Assembly: GCA_963781585.1 (NCBI GenBank)
Contig: CAWAGQ010000010.1
Coordinates: forward strand, 96,001 to 160,000
Reading direction: 5' to 3'
DNA: 64,000 bases
Source of the DNA: an uncultured Gemmatimonadaceae bacterium
Lineage (GTDB): Bacteria; Gemmatimonadota; Gemmatimonadetes; Gemmatimonadales; Gemmatimonadaceae
A model generated the notes under the pieces. The model searched no databases, was not told the DNA's origin, and worked only from the letters and a program-made list of their open reading frames with translations. Made by a program: the position numbers and the translations under genes. Positions 47,538 to 56,657 of the stretch are shown here, in pieces (the stretch's first letter is position 1; the number at the start of each line of letters is the position of its first letter).

Positions 47538-49460
47538 GTGTCCGGGGACCCCGAGGCGATGCCCGTGCCGACGCCCGATCGCCGCGACTTCTCGTCCCGT
47601 CGCAGTCTGCTGGTGGCGCTGGTCATCCTGGGGGCCGGCTGTGTGCTGTCGATCGTCGCCGTCACGTCGCACAAGGCGGCGGGCGCGCCGACGCTGCTGG
47701 AGCTGGCCGCTGTGGGCCTGAGTGGAGCCGGCCTGGTGGCGGCCGTCCTCGGCTTCCGCGCGGTGGGACGGGAAGCCCGAACCCGGGCCGCGATCGACCA
47801 GGAGCGCGACGCGTCCGAGCAGAAGTACGCCGGCATTCTCTCGATCGCGGCCGATGCCATCATTACGATCGACGAGGCGCAACGGGTGGTCCACTTCAAT
47901 CGTGGCGCCGAGGAGATCTTCGGCTGGCGAGAATCGGAGATGCTGGGCCAGCCGCTCGACCGGCTGATTCCCGCCAGATTCCGGTCCAGGCACCGCGGCC
48001 ACATCGGATCGTTCCGCGACGCCCGGGAAGTCGCCAGACGGATGGGGGAGCGGCAGGAGATCTTCGGCGTCCGGCGCTCGGGCGAGGAGTTTCCCGCCGA
48101 AGCGTCCATCTCGCGCCTCGAGCTTGGGGGCCGGTGTCTGTTCACCGTGGTGTTGCGCGACATCACCGAACGGAAGCGACAGCAGGACGACCAGCACTTT
48201 CTCGTCGGCGCCGGCGCCACACTCAGTGCGTCGCTGGACTACGAGTCGACCCTGCGCAGCGTGGTCCACCTCGCCATACCGTACCTCGCCGACTGCTGTA
48301 TCCTCGACGTGGGCGACGCGGCGCGGGGCCTGCGACGCGTGGCCAGCGTGCATGATGATCCGGCGATTACCAGGCATCTGCGCGCGCTCGAGACCCGCCG
48401 GGTCGCCGACCCGGCCTGGCCGCTGCCCGTGGCGACGGCTCTCGAGACGGGTGAGCCGGTCGTCCGCGACCCCCTTCCCGCGGACTGGTGGCGCACCGAC
48501 CGCGCCGACCTGGCGGCGCAAGAGGAGATTGGGTCGTTAGGCATCACCGGGATCATGACGGTGCCTTTGGTGGCGCGTAATCGAACACTCGGGACGCTCA
48601 CCCTGCTGGCGACCGGCACCGGGGGGCGCTACGGCCCGGACCAGCGCGCGCTGGTGGAGGCGCTGGTGAGACTCGGGGCGCTGGCGATCGACAATGCCTT
48701 TCTGTATCAGTCGGCGCAACGCGCCGCGGCCGCGCGCGACGAAATCCTCGCGGTGGTCTCCCACGATCTGCGCAATCCGCTGAGCGCGATCGCCATGTGC
48801 GCACGGGTACTGGTCAACGCGCCGCCCGGCGAGGCCGCCGATCAGCGGGAGCTGGTCACCGCGATCCTCGAGTCGACCGACCTGATGCATCGCCTGATCC
48901 AGGACCTGCTGGACGTCTCGATGATCGAATCGGGTCATCTCGCGATCCAGCGCCAGCCCGAGGCGCTCCCGGAACTGGTGGAGCGTGTCCTGGCCATGAT
49001 GCGGGACGCGGCGCGGGAGCGGAATGTCGTGCTGCGTACCGCCCTGGCATCGGCGCTCCCGCGCGTGAACGTGGATGCCGGACGGGTGGTGCAGGTGCTG
49101 GCGAACCTGGTTGCCAACGCGGTGAAGTTCACCGAGAGCGGCGGCGTGATCACCGTGTCGGCCGCCGTCGGAACACTGGAGGTCGTGGTGGACGTCCGCG
49201 ACACCGGTATCGGGATCCCGCCCGAGGATCTCCCGCACATCTTCGACCGGTACTGGCACGCGCGACGGTCCGCGCGGACTGCGGGGACCGGGCTGGGTCT
49301 TGCGATCTCGCGCGGGATCGTGGAAGCGCACGGCGGCCGCCTGTGGGTGGAGAGCACGGAGGGGCAGGGAAGTACATTTCATTTCAGCGTACCGGTCGTC
49401 CCGATCTCGCCGTCACGCGCGATGACGCTCGAGCCGGCACGCGACGCCACCCCATTGTAG
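47538..49460 (+). CDS. TM-PAS-GAF-HisKA-HATPase sensor kinase
   Basis: FixL-like PAS (LIPARFRSRH); GAF; SHDLRNPL; NAVKFT; GTGLGL. Confidence 0.9.
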   Translation: MSGDPEAMPVPTPDRRDFSSRRSLLVALVILGAGCVLSIVAVTSHKAAGAPTLLELAAVGLSGAGLVAAVLGFRAVGREARTRAAIDQERDASEQKYAGILSIAADAIITIDEAQRVVHFNRGAEEIFGWRESEMLGQPLDRLIPARFRSRHRGHIGSFRDAREVARRMGERQEIFGVRRSGEEFPAEASISRLELGGRCLFTVVLRDITERKRQQDDQHFLVGAGATLSASLDYESTLRSVVHLAIPYLADCCILDVGDAARGLRRVASVHDDPAITRHLRALETRRVADPAWPLPVATALETGEPVVRDPLPADWWRTDRADLAAQEEIGSLGITGIMTVPLVARNRTLGTLTLLATGTGGRYGPDQRALVEALVRLGALAIDNAFLYQSAQRAAAARDEILAVVSHDLRNPLSAIAMCARVLVNAPPGEAADQRELVTAILESTDLMHRLIQDLLDVSMIESGHLAIQRQPEALPELVERVLAMMRDAARERNVVLRTALASALPRVNVDAGRVVQVLANLVANAVKFTESGGVITVSAAVGTLEVVVDVRDTGIGIPPEDLPHIFDRYWHARRSARTAGTGLGLAISRGIVEAHGGRLWVESTEGQGSTFHFSVPVVPISPSRAMTLEPARDATPL

Positions 49461-49478
49461 CCGAGGAGCCTCGCCCGC

Positions 49479-49934
49479 ATGTCCTCCGTCGCAATTGCCT
49501 TTCGCGACCTCGAGTTCAACGAGATCGAAGCGATGCTGCAGGCCCATCAGTTCGGCCGCCTCGCGTTCACCTTCCGTGACCGGGTCGACATCGAGCCGAT
49601 CAGCTACGTGTACGAGGATCACTGGCTGTACGGCCGCACCGAGCCCGGCACGAAACTGACGGTGCTGGCGCACCATCCGTGGGTGGCGTTCGAGATCGAC
49701 GATGTCCGCGGACCGTTCGACTGGCGGAGCGTGGTGCTGAAGGGGACGGTGTATTTCGTGGAGCGTGACGGCTCGGACGGATTGGACGAGATCTTCGAGC
49801 GCACGGTACGCGCGCTGCGCCGGCTCACGCCAGCGGCCCTGACCGACCAGGACCCGACGCCGGGGCGGTTGGTGCTGTTCCGGATGCACATCGACGAGAT
49901 GCACGGCCGCGCCGCGATGACCGCGCACGGCTGA
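49479..49934 (+). CDS. Pyridoxamine 5'-phosphate oxidase-like flavin-binding protein
   Basis: GRLAF, PISYVY, GTKL, VAFEID, WRSVV. Confidence 0.82.
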   Translation: MSSVAIAFRDLEFNEIEAMLQAHQFGRLAFTFRDRVDIEPISYVYEDHWLYGRTEPGTKLTVLAHHPWVAFEIDDVRGPFDWRSVVLKGTVYFVERDGSDGLDEIFERTVRALRRLTPAALTDQDPTPGRLVLFRMHIDEMHGRAAMTAHG

Positions 49935-49958
49935 GCCTCGCCTCCCGCGCGCCGCGGG

Positions 49959-50798
49959 CTACTCGCGCGTCGCGAGATGCATCACGATTCCGCCGCCGAG
50001 CCACCGCCGCTCCTCAACGACCCGGAACGCCGCCTCGGCCAGCCCCTCCGCAAACACGGTCCCGGTGACGTGATGCGCGATGGAGCGCGCAATGTACCCG
50101 TAGGCCACCGGCTCGCGATGCCAGAGCCACCCATATACCCAGCCGGCGGCCGCCAGGTAGCGCAGAAAGAGAAACCGCCAGATCGGCGGTTCCGGGCGGT
50201 AGAAGTCGAGGGTGAACAGCAGTCCGCCGGGCCGGGCCACGCGCGCCAGCTCACCTAACGACGTCCGCCAGGACGGCGTGTTCCGCAGGGCATACCCGGC
50301 GGTGATCGCGTCCGCGGACGCGGCAGGGGCGCCGAGCCGGGCCAGGTCGCCGGCGACAAACGTCACGTTAGGCAGTGCCGCCCGTGCGCGTCGCCCCTCG
50401 GCCAGTTCCAGCATCCGCGCCGACGCATCGATGCCGGTCACCGATACGTCGGGCCGCGCGCGCGCCAGGGCAAGCGCCAGGTCCCCGGTTCCGCACCCGA
50501 CGTCGAGGCAGCGGCCACCGTCCGGAATCTCCCGCGCCGCGCGTGACACCAGCGCCCGCTTCCACCCCGCATCCATTCCGAAGGAGAACCGCCGCGTGAA
50601 GTCGTCGTAGCGCGGTGCGATCAGATCGAACATCGGCGTCACGAACGCCTGCTTGATGACCGGATCGCGCAGGTGCGCTTCGACATCCAGGTGGCGCAAT
50701 CGCGAACCGGCGTGACTCGCACCCGGCTCGGAACGGCGAGGGACCATGGGTGGTGCTGAGAGGAGTAGTACCGCGCGCCCGGCCCGCGACCCGGTCAC
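49959..50798 (-). CDS. UbiE/MenG-like SAM-dependent methyltransferase
   Basis: MFDLIAPRYD, LDVGCGTG, YALRN, RVARPGG; start uncertain. Confidence 0.8.
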   Translation of the reverse strand: MTGSRAGRAVLLLSAPPMVPRRSEPGASHAGSRLRHLDVEAHLRDPVIKQAFVTPMFDLIAPRYDDFTRRFSFGMDAGWKRALVSRAAREIPDGGRCLDVGCGTGDLALALARARPDVSVTGIDASARMLELAEGRRARAALPNVTFVAGDLARLGAPAASADAITAGYALRNTPSWRTSLGELARVARPGGLLFTLDFYRPEPPIWRFLFLRYLAAAGWVYGWLWHREPVAYGYIARSIAHHVTGTVFAEGLAEAAFRVVEERRWLGGGIVMHLATRE

Positions 50799-50924
50799 GT
50801 ACTGGCGAGGGAGACCGCCGGTGGGTGTAGTTTACTGTCGTTCCCGACGGACATCGTTCCCCCTTCGCTTCCGGTTCGCCGCCATGGTTCGCCACCGCAC
50901 TGTTCGGGCGCACCCGACCGTCGC

Positions 50925-52091
50925 GTGACCGCTCCGGGATTCTCCTCCGGCGCGAGTGCCCTCGACGCACTGCCGCGCGCGCAGGGCGAGCGGCCCGACC
51001 AGCGGGCCGCCGACGCCGCCCTCTGGGCGGTGGTCCTGGCCGGCGGCATCGGCTCCCGCTTCTGGCCGCTCTCTTCGCAGCATCGTCCCAAACAGCTGCT
51101 CGCCCTCGTCAGCGATCGCCCGCTCATTGCCGAAACGGTCGCACGGCTGCATCCCCTCGTGCCACCCGAGCGGGTCCTGGTGCTCACCAGTGCCGACATC
51201 GCCGACGCGATCCGCGCCGCCATTCCCGAGGTCCCGCCAACGAACATGCTGGTGGAGCCGCGCCCGGCCGGGACCGCCGCCGCATTGGCCTGGGCCGCGC
51301 GGGAACTGACCCGGCGCGCCGGGCCGCAGACGATCTTCTGCACGCTGCACGCCGACCTCGCCATTGCGTTTCCCGATGCGTTCCGCGATGTGTTGCGCGA
51401 GGCCTCACGCGCGGCCGCGCTGGACGACGTGCTCGTCACCGTTGGCGTCCCGGCGTCCCGTCCCGAGACGGGATTTGGCTACATCGTTCCGGGCGAGCCC
51501 CTGTCGAGCGACGCTCCGATCGAACGAGGAGGTGCCTGCGCGGTACGCGCCTACGTGGAGAAGCCGGGGCGGGCGCGCGCCGAAGAGCTGTTGCGCATGG
51601 GCGCCCTCTGGAACAGCGGAATCTTTGCGTGGCGCGCCCGCGTGGTCCTTGAGGCGCTGGAGCGCCACGCCCACGAGCTCGGACGCGGCCTGTCGATGCT
51701 CGACGCGCCCGAGGAGGTGCGATACCGGGAGCCGCTGCGAACCGTGTCGATCGAGCGCGGACTGCTGGAGCGCAGCGACCGCGTCGTGGTCGTGCCCGGC
51801 GACTTCGGATGGGACGACGTCGGCACCTGGGCCTCGCTCCGACGGGCGCGGGAGCTGGACGACACGGGAAACGGCGCGTACGGACTGGTTCACTTCGCCG
51901 ACGCATCGGGAAACGTCGTGCACTCGGAAAGTGGCAAGGTGGTGCTGTATGGCGTGAACGGGCTGCTGGTGGTATCGCTGCCCGGACTCACCTTCGTCAC
52001 CACGCTCGATCGCGCCGCGGATCTGCGGCCGCTCCTGGATTCCCTTCCGCCGTCGATGCGCGCGGGGCGCACGCCCCCGGCTGGACCGTGA
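50925..52091 (+). CDS. manC: Mannose-1-phosphate guanylyltransferase (no isomerase domain)
   Basis: LAGGIGSRFWPLS...PKQ, PETGFGYI, VEKP, WNSGIF, WDDVGTW. Confidence 0.85.
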   Translation: MTAPGFSSGASALDALPRAQGERPDQRAADAALWAVVLAGGIGSRFWPLSSQHRPKQLLALVSDRPLIAETVARLHPLVPPERVLVLTSADIADAIRAAIPEVPPTNMLVEPRPAGTAAALAWAARELTRRAGPQTIFCTLHADLAIAFPDAFRDVLREASRAAALDDVLVTVGVPASRPETGFGYIVPGEPLSSDAPIERGGACAVRAYVEKPGRARAEELLRMGALWNSGIFAWRARVVLEALERHAHELGRGLSMLDAPEEVRYREPLRTVSIERGLLERSDRVVVVPGDFGWDDVGTWASLRRARELDDTGNGAYGLVHFADASGNVVHSESGKVVLYGVNGLLVVSLPGLTFVTTLDRAADLRPLLDSLPPSMRAGRTPPAGP

Positions 52092-52167
52092 TCGCGTCGC
52101 GCGCTCCCGCCCGGGATCGCGTGGCGATCCTGAAACGGGGGGGCGCGTGCGCCGTATTGATCGCAAC

Positions 52168-52923
52168 ATGGCGAACGTCCCCATGAAGGAAGTGCGCGCG
52201 ACCTACTGGCATGTGAGTCGGGCGCCGCGGTACAGCCTTTCCCTCGCGCTCCCGCTTCTCGCGCTCTACGAGTTGATGGCGGCGCTGGTGAATCGCGGCG
52301 AGAGCGGGGTCCGCAACGGGGCGGACGTGCTGCTCAAGAGCCTGTTCATCCGGGTGGCCGGACCACGAGGTCCGGTACTGTTCGCGATATTGCTGACCGG
52401 GACGATGGTGGCGCTCATCGTGCGGGATCTGCGCCGCAACCCGGGACGATTGCGGGCCACCATCTTCGCGCGGATGCTGCTCGAATCTGCGGCGCTGGCC
52501 GTGGTGTTCGGTGTGGTGGTGGGCCTGATCACCACCCAACTGATCGGTGCCATGCACCGATTGGCGATCGGGCCGCTCGATTCCATGGGCTGGCCCACGG
52601 CGCTGATGGTCTCGTTAGGTGCCGGCCTCTACGAGGAACTGCTGTTCCGCGTGGTTCTCGTCTCGCTCCTTCTGCTCGCCGCCCGACACGTCTTCGGCCT
52701 CGGGCCAGCCGGTGCCGGTACCTTTGCCGTGCTCGGCGGCGCGATCACGTTTTCGGCGTTCCACTACGTGGGTCCGTACGCCGACCAATTGACCGTCGGC
52801 TCCTTCGTCTTTCGCGCGGTGGCCGGCCTTGCCTTCAGCGGGCTGTACGTCACGCGCGGATTCGGAATCACGGCCTGGACGCACGCGCTGTACGACATAT
52901 TTCTCCTGATTGCGCGAGGATGA
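52168..52923 (+). CDS. CPBP/Abi-family intramembrane metalloprotease
   Basis: EELLFR, FSAFH, HALYD; start uncertain. Confidence 0.82.
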   Translation: MANVPMKEVRATYWHVSRAPRYSLSLALPLLALYELMAALVNRGESGVRNGADVLLKSLFIRVAGPRGPVLFAILLTGTMVALIVRDLRRNPGRLRATIFARMLLESAALAVVFGVVVGLITTQLIGAMHRLAIGPLDSMGWPTALMVSLGAGLYEELLFRVVLVSLLLLAARHVFGLGPAGAGTFAVLGGAITFSAFHYVGPYADQLTVGSFVFRAVAGLAFSGLYVTRGFGITAWTHALYDIFLLIARG

Positions 52924-53113
52924 TCGCCCTGCGTTTGATGCCGACGCGACCGATCCTCGATCAACGCCGGCCTGATCGTGCACGGAATCGGCCCGGATGC
53001 CGGACGTCGCCCCGGAACCGGGCGATGCCTCCGGTCGATGGCCGGACGGCACGTCCCGCGCCGGCGAGGGAGCAGGCGGCATGAAGCATTCCAGCCCTGA
53101 GGACGGTACTCGC

Positions 53114-54214
53114 ATGACTTGCACGCAGACCTTGCGCGGGTGGGCGAAGGCGGCGCCTCCGGCGCCGAGGGCGAACCCGGCGCGGTGGGCGACCCTGGCG
53201 CTGGTGCTGACCACCGGCATCGCGGCCGCGTGCGCGCATCCGCGCACGGCGCCGGTCGCTCCGGCTGCGGCGACCGCGTCGCGGACGCGGGCGCTTCTGT
53301 CGGCGCTCGCCGACGATTCCATGGAAGGGCGCGGGACCGGCACGCCCGGCTCGATGCGCGCCGCACGCTTCATCGCGGCGACGATGCGGCAGGCGGGACT
53401 CGAGCCGGCAGGCGACAGTGGCTACTTCCAGCGCGTTCCCATGGCCCTGGTGACCAACGCGAGGACCGGCCGAACCCGGCCGATCATGTTTCCTTCGTTC
53501 GACGCGCTCGATACCGTTCCCGCCAGCCGGCGTCTGACGGGAGGCAACGTGGTTGGGGTCCTCCGGGGCAGCGATCCGACGCTGTCAGGTGAGGTGATCC
53601 TCGTCGATGCACACTACGATCATCTCGGTATCGGACAGCCGGTGAACGGCGATTCGATCTACAACGGCGCCGACGACGATGCCTCCGGGACGGTGACCGT
53701 GCTGGAAGTCGCGCGGCTCATGGCAGGGGGCCCACGGCCGAGGCGCACGATCGTCTTTCTGACCACGACCGGCGAAGAGGTCGGTCTGCTCGGCACCAAC
53801 TGGTTCGCCTCACATCCCGTCGGGTCCCTCGATCAGTACGTGGCCAACCTCGAGATCGAGATGATCGGACGCCCGGATTCCCTGGCTGGCGGCCCCGGCC
53901 GCGGCTGGCTGACGGGCTACGAGCGATCCACCATGGGCGACGAATTCGCGGCGGCGGGCCTTCCCATCGAGCCGGACAAGCGACCGAATGAACGCTTCTT
54001 CTCGCGCAGCGACAACATCGGCTTCGCGCGACGGGGGATCGTCGCGCAAACGCTCTCATCATTCAACCTGCACCGCGAATATCACACCCCAGCAGACGAA
54101 GTCGGATTGGTGGATTTCGATCACGTGGCGGCGCTGATCAACGTCGCGGCGCGTGCGGTGCGCATTCTGGCCGACGGCCCGCGGGTGGAGTGGAAGGAGG
54201 GGGGAAAGCCGTAG
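53114..54214 (+). CDS. M28-family peptidase, probable lipoprotein
   Basis: AHYDH, NGADDDASG, GEEVGLLG, RSDN, YHTPAD; start estimated. Confidence 0.9.
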   Translation: MTCTQTLRGWAKAAPPAPRANPARWATLALVLTTGIAAACAHPRTAPVAPAAATASRTRALLSALADDSMEGRGTGTPGSMRAARFIAATMRQAGLEPAGDSGYFQRVPMALVTNARTGRTRPIMFPSFDALDTVPASRRLTGGNVVGVLRGSDPTLSGEVILVDAHYDHLGIGQPVNGDSIYNGADDDASGTVTVLEVARLMAGGPRPRRTIVFLTTTGEEVGLLGTNWFASHPVGSLDQYVANLEIEMIGRPDSLAGGPGRGWLTGYERSTMGDEFAAAGLPIEPDKRPNERFFSRSDNIGFARRGIVAQTLSSFNLHREYHTPADEVGLVDFDHVAALINVAARAVRILADGPRVEWKEGGKP

Positions 54215-54266
54215 GCGCCCGATAGCGGGCCGCCGATCGCCCACAACTGACAACCGTCCCACACCC

Positions 54267-55388
54267 ATGCATCTCGAGACCCTCGCCGTTCACGCCGGAC
54301 AGGCGCCCGATGCGGTCACCGGCGCCATCGCGCCATCGATTCAGCTCTCGACGACGTTCGAGCGCGATCCGGATGGCGAGTTCCGTCGCGGCTTCACCTA
54401 CACGCGTGACGCCAACCCGACTCGGCTCGCGCTCGAGCACGCGCTGGCAGCGATCGAAGGCGGCGCCGCGGCGCTCGCATTCTCGTCCGGACAGGCCGCG
54501 ACCCACGCGATCTTCCATTCGCTGAAGCCCGGCGACCACGTCGTGCTGCCGGACTTCGTATACCACGGTACGCCGAAGATGGTGCGTGAGATCTTCGTGC
54601 CGTGGGGCCTCAGGCTCACGCAGGTGGACATGGGTGATCTGGAGGCTGTTGAACGAGCCCTCGCCCAGCCGACCGCCGTGGTCTGGGTGGAGACGCCGTC
54701 GAATCCTCTGCTCACCATCACCGATATCTCGGCGGTGTGCGAGCGCGCGCACGCCGCTGGGGCGCGGGTGGTGGTCGACAGCACGTGGGCGACACCGGTC
54801 TCCCAGCGACCCCTTGAGTTGGGCGCGGACATCGTGATGCACGCCACCACCAAGTACCTCGGTGGTCATTCCGACGTGCTGGGTGGTGCGCTGATCGCGC
54901 GGCAGGCGGACGATTCGTTGTTCGAGCGCGCGAGGATTATACAGCGCACGGGTGGAGCGGTGTCGTCACCGTTCGACGCCTGGCTCATTCTGCGCGGGCT
55001 CAAGACGCTGGCCTGGCGCGTGCGCGCACACACCCAGAACGCGGAAGCCGTCACGAGATATCTGGCTGCGCATCCAAGGGTGGAGGCGGTGCACTATCCC
55101 GGCCTGGCAACGCACCCGGGGCGTGATGTCGCCGCACGGCAGATGCGGCTGGCCGGAGGGATGGCATCGTTCCAGGTGCGTGGAGCGCGCGCCGAGGCCA
55201 TGGTGGTGGCGGCAAAGGTCAGGGTGTTCGCCCGTGCCACCAGTCTTGGAGGCCCGGAGAGCCTGATCGAGCACCGGGCGTCGATCGAAGGGCCAGCGAC
55301 ACGGTCTCCGGAGAACCTGCTGCGCATCTCCGTTGGTCTCGAGCATCCCGACGACCTGATCGAGGACCTGGAACAGGCCATCGGCTGA
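54267..55388 (+). CDS. Cys/Met metabolism PLP enzyme (cystathionine gamma-synthase/lyase)
   Basis: YTRDANPT, ETPSNP, HATTKYLGGHSD, SLGGPESL, LRISVGLE. Confidence 0.9.
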   Translation: MHLETLAVHAGQAPDAVTGAIAPSIQLSTTFERDPDGEFRRGFTYTRDANPTRLALEHALAAIEGGAAALAFSSGQAATHAIFHSLKPGDHVVLPDFVYHGTPKMVREIFVPWGLRLTQVDMGDLEAVERALAQPTAVVWVETPSNPLLTITDISAVCERAHAAGARVVVDSTWATPVSQRPLELGADIVMHATTKYLGGHSDVLGGALIARQADDSLFERARIIQRTGGAVSSPFDAWLILRGLKTLAWRVRAHTQNAEAVTRYLAAHPRVEAVHYPGLATHPGRDVAARQMRLAGGMASFQVRGARAEAMVVAAKVRVFARATSLGGPESLIEHRASIEGPATRSPENLLRISVGLEHPDDLIEDLEQAIG

Positions 55389-55575
55389 GGCGCATCGGAC
55401 GGGCTCCGCCGCGGCGTCGAGCGCGCCAGGCGTTTGCGCCGGAGCGTCGCATCGTCACACCGTGCGCGCGGGAACAGGCGCGATCAAGCGCGGGGTGCCA
55501 TCTCCGTAGCACTGCGGACTGGTTGCGCGACCATGCCGGCGCCTAACTTGTGCCGTCTTCAGACCGGCGGAGCGC

Positions 55576-56415
55576 ATGAAGCACACGTTGTCGAGTGTGG
55601 GGGCATTGATGGTGCTTGCCGCAGCGTCGCAGGCGCAGTGCAGGGTGGGGAAGGAAACGAATGAGGCGAAGCTGCTCGCCTACTATGCGGTACCCCTCGC
55701 ATTCTCGCCGGCGGGGCGCCTCGAGCGAATGCGGCCCGGGAGTGTGCGAGCGGCGTTCGAGCTCACGTACATCCCGAAACCCGCCGACGAACTCCGCCAC
55801 ACGAGCATCTGCTTCAAGCCCAAGCGGGAGAATTCGCAGCTCTCCCCAGTGGTGCCGCGCCCGCGGCTCGCGGTCGGACTGCCTGGCGGGTTCTTCGTGG
55901 AGGGCACGTACCTGCCGCCGATCACGGTCGCCGATGCCACGCCCAACATGGCGAGCCTCGCGGTGGGCGTCGTTAGGCGTCTGGGGAGCGCGATCGGGCT
56001 GGCACTGCGCGCGCACACCACCGTTGGCAACGTGAAGGGACCGATCACCTGCCCGAAGCACGCGCTGCAGCTGTCCGATCCCGACGGAGCCTGCTACGGC
56101 ACCGCACACTCCCGCGACACCTATCGACCCAACATCCTGGGGGTAGAGGCGGCCCTGACCTGGATCACGGAAGGGCGCTTCGCGGGCTACGCCGGGGCCG
56201 GATACGCGCGCCTGCAGCCGCGTTTCCAGGTCGGCTTCCAGCCGTCCAACGCGCCGTTCGACTCGACCCGGGTGATCGTCAATCTCACCCGGGTATCAGC
56301 CATGCTCGGCGGGCGCCTCAGTCTTTCGCGTGCGTTGGATATCACGGGGGAGGTCTACTCCGTGCCCAAGGATCTGACCACCGTCCGGCTGGGCGCCGCG
56401 CTGCGAATTCGGTGA
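55576..56415 (+). CDS. Exported hypothetical protein, possible beta-barrel
   Basis: Sec signal; amphipathic strands; ends in TVRLGAALRIR; four Cys. Confidence 0.6.
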   Translation: MKHTLSSVGALMVLAAASQAQCRVGKETNEAKLLAYYAVPLAFSPAGRLERMRPGSVRAAFELTYIPKPADELRHTSICFKPKRENSQLSPVVPRPRLAVGLPGGFFVEGTYLPPITVADATPNMASLAVGVVRRLGSAIGLALRAHTTVGNVKGPITCPKHALQLSDPDGACYGTAHSRDTYRPNILGVEAALTWITEGRFAGYAGAGYARLQPRFQVGFQPSNAPFDSTRVIVNLTRVSAMLGGRLSLSRALDITGEVYSVPKDLTTVRLGAALRIR

Positions 56416-56657
56416 ACCGCCAGGGGCGTTGAGGCCCGGGCTGCCGCCGGCCCCCGCACGGCCTCGGAGCTGGACGTCGCGCGCGGTCTCCTCGTCCAGC
56501 TCCGGAACGCACCCGGACCGGTCGCGCCGACGTCGTTGGCCGGAGGAACGTCGGGTAGGAGTTGGTGTCGGGTGTCGGTGATTCGGTGTGGCGCGACTAG
56601 ATTCTACCTGCGCGCGTCCCTCGCTCGATTCACCCGTTCACAGCAGGATTCCGCCGC

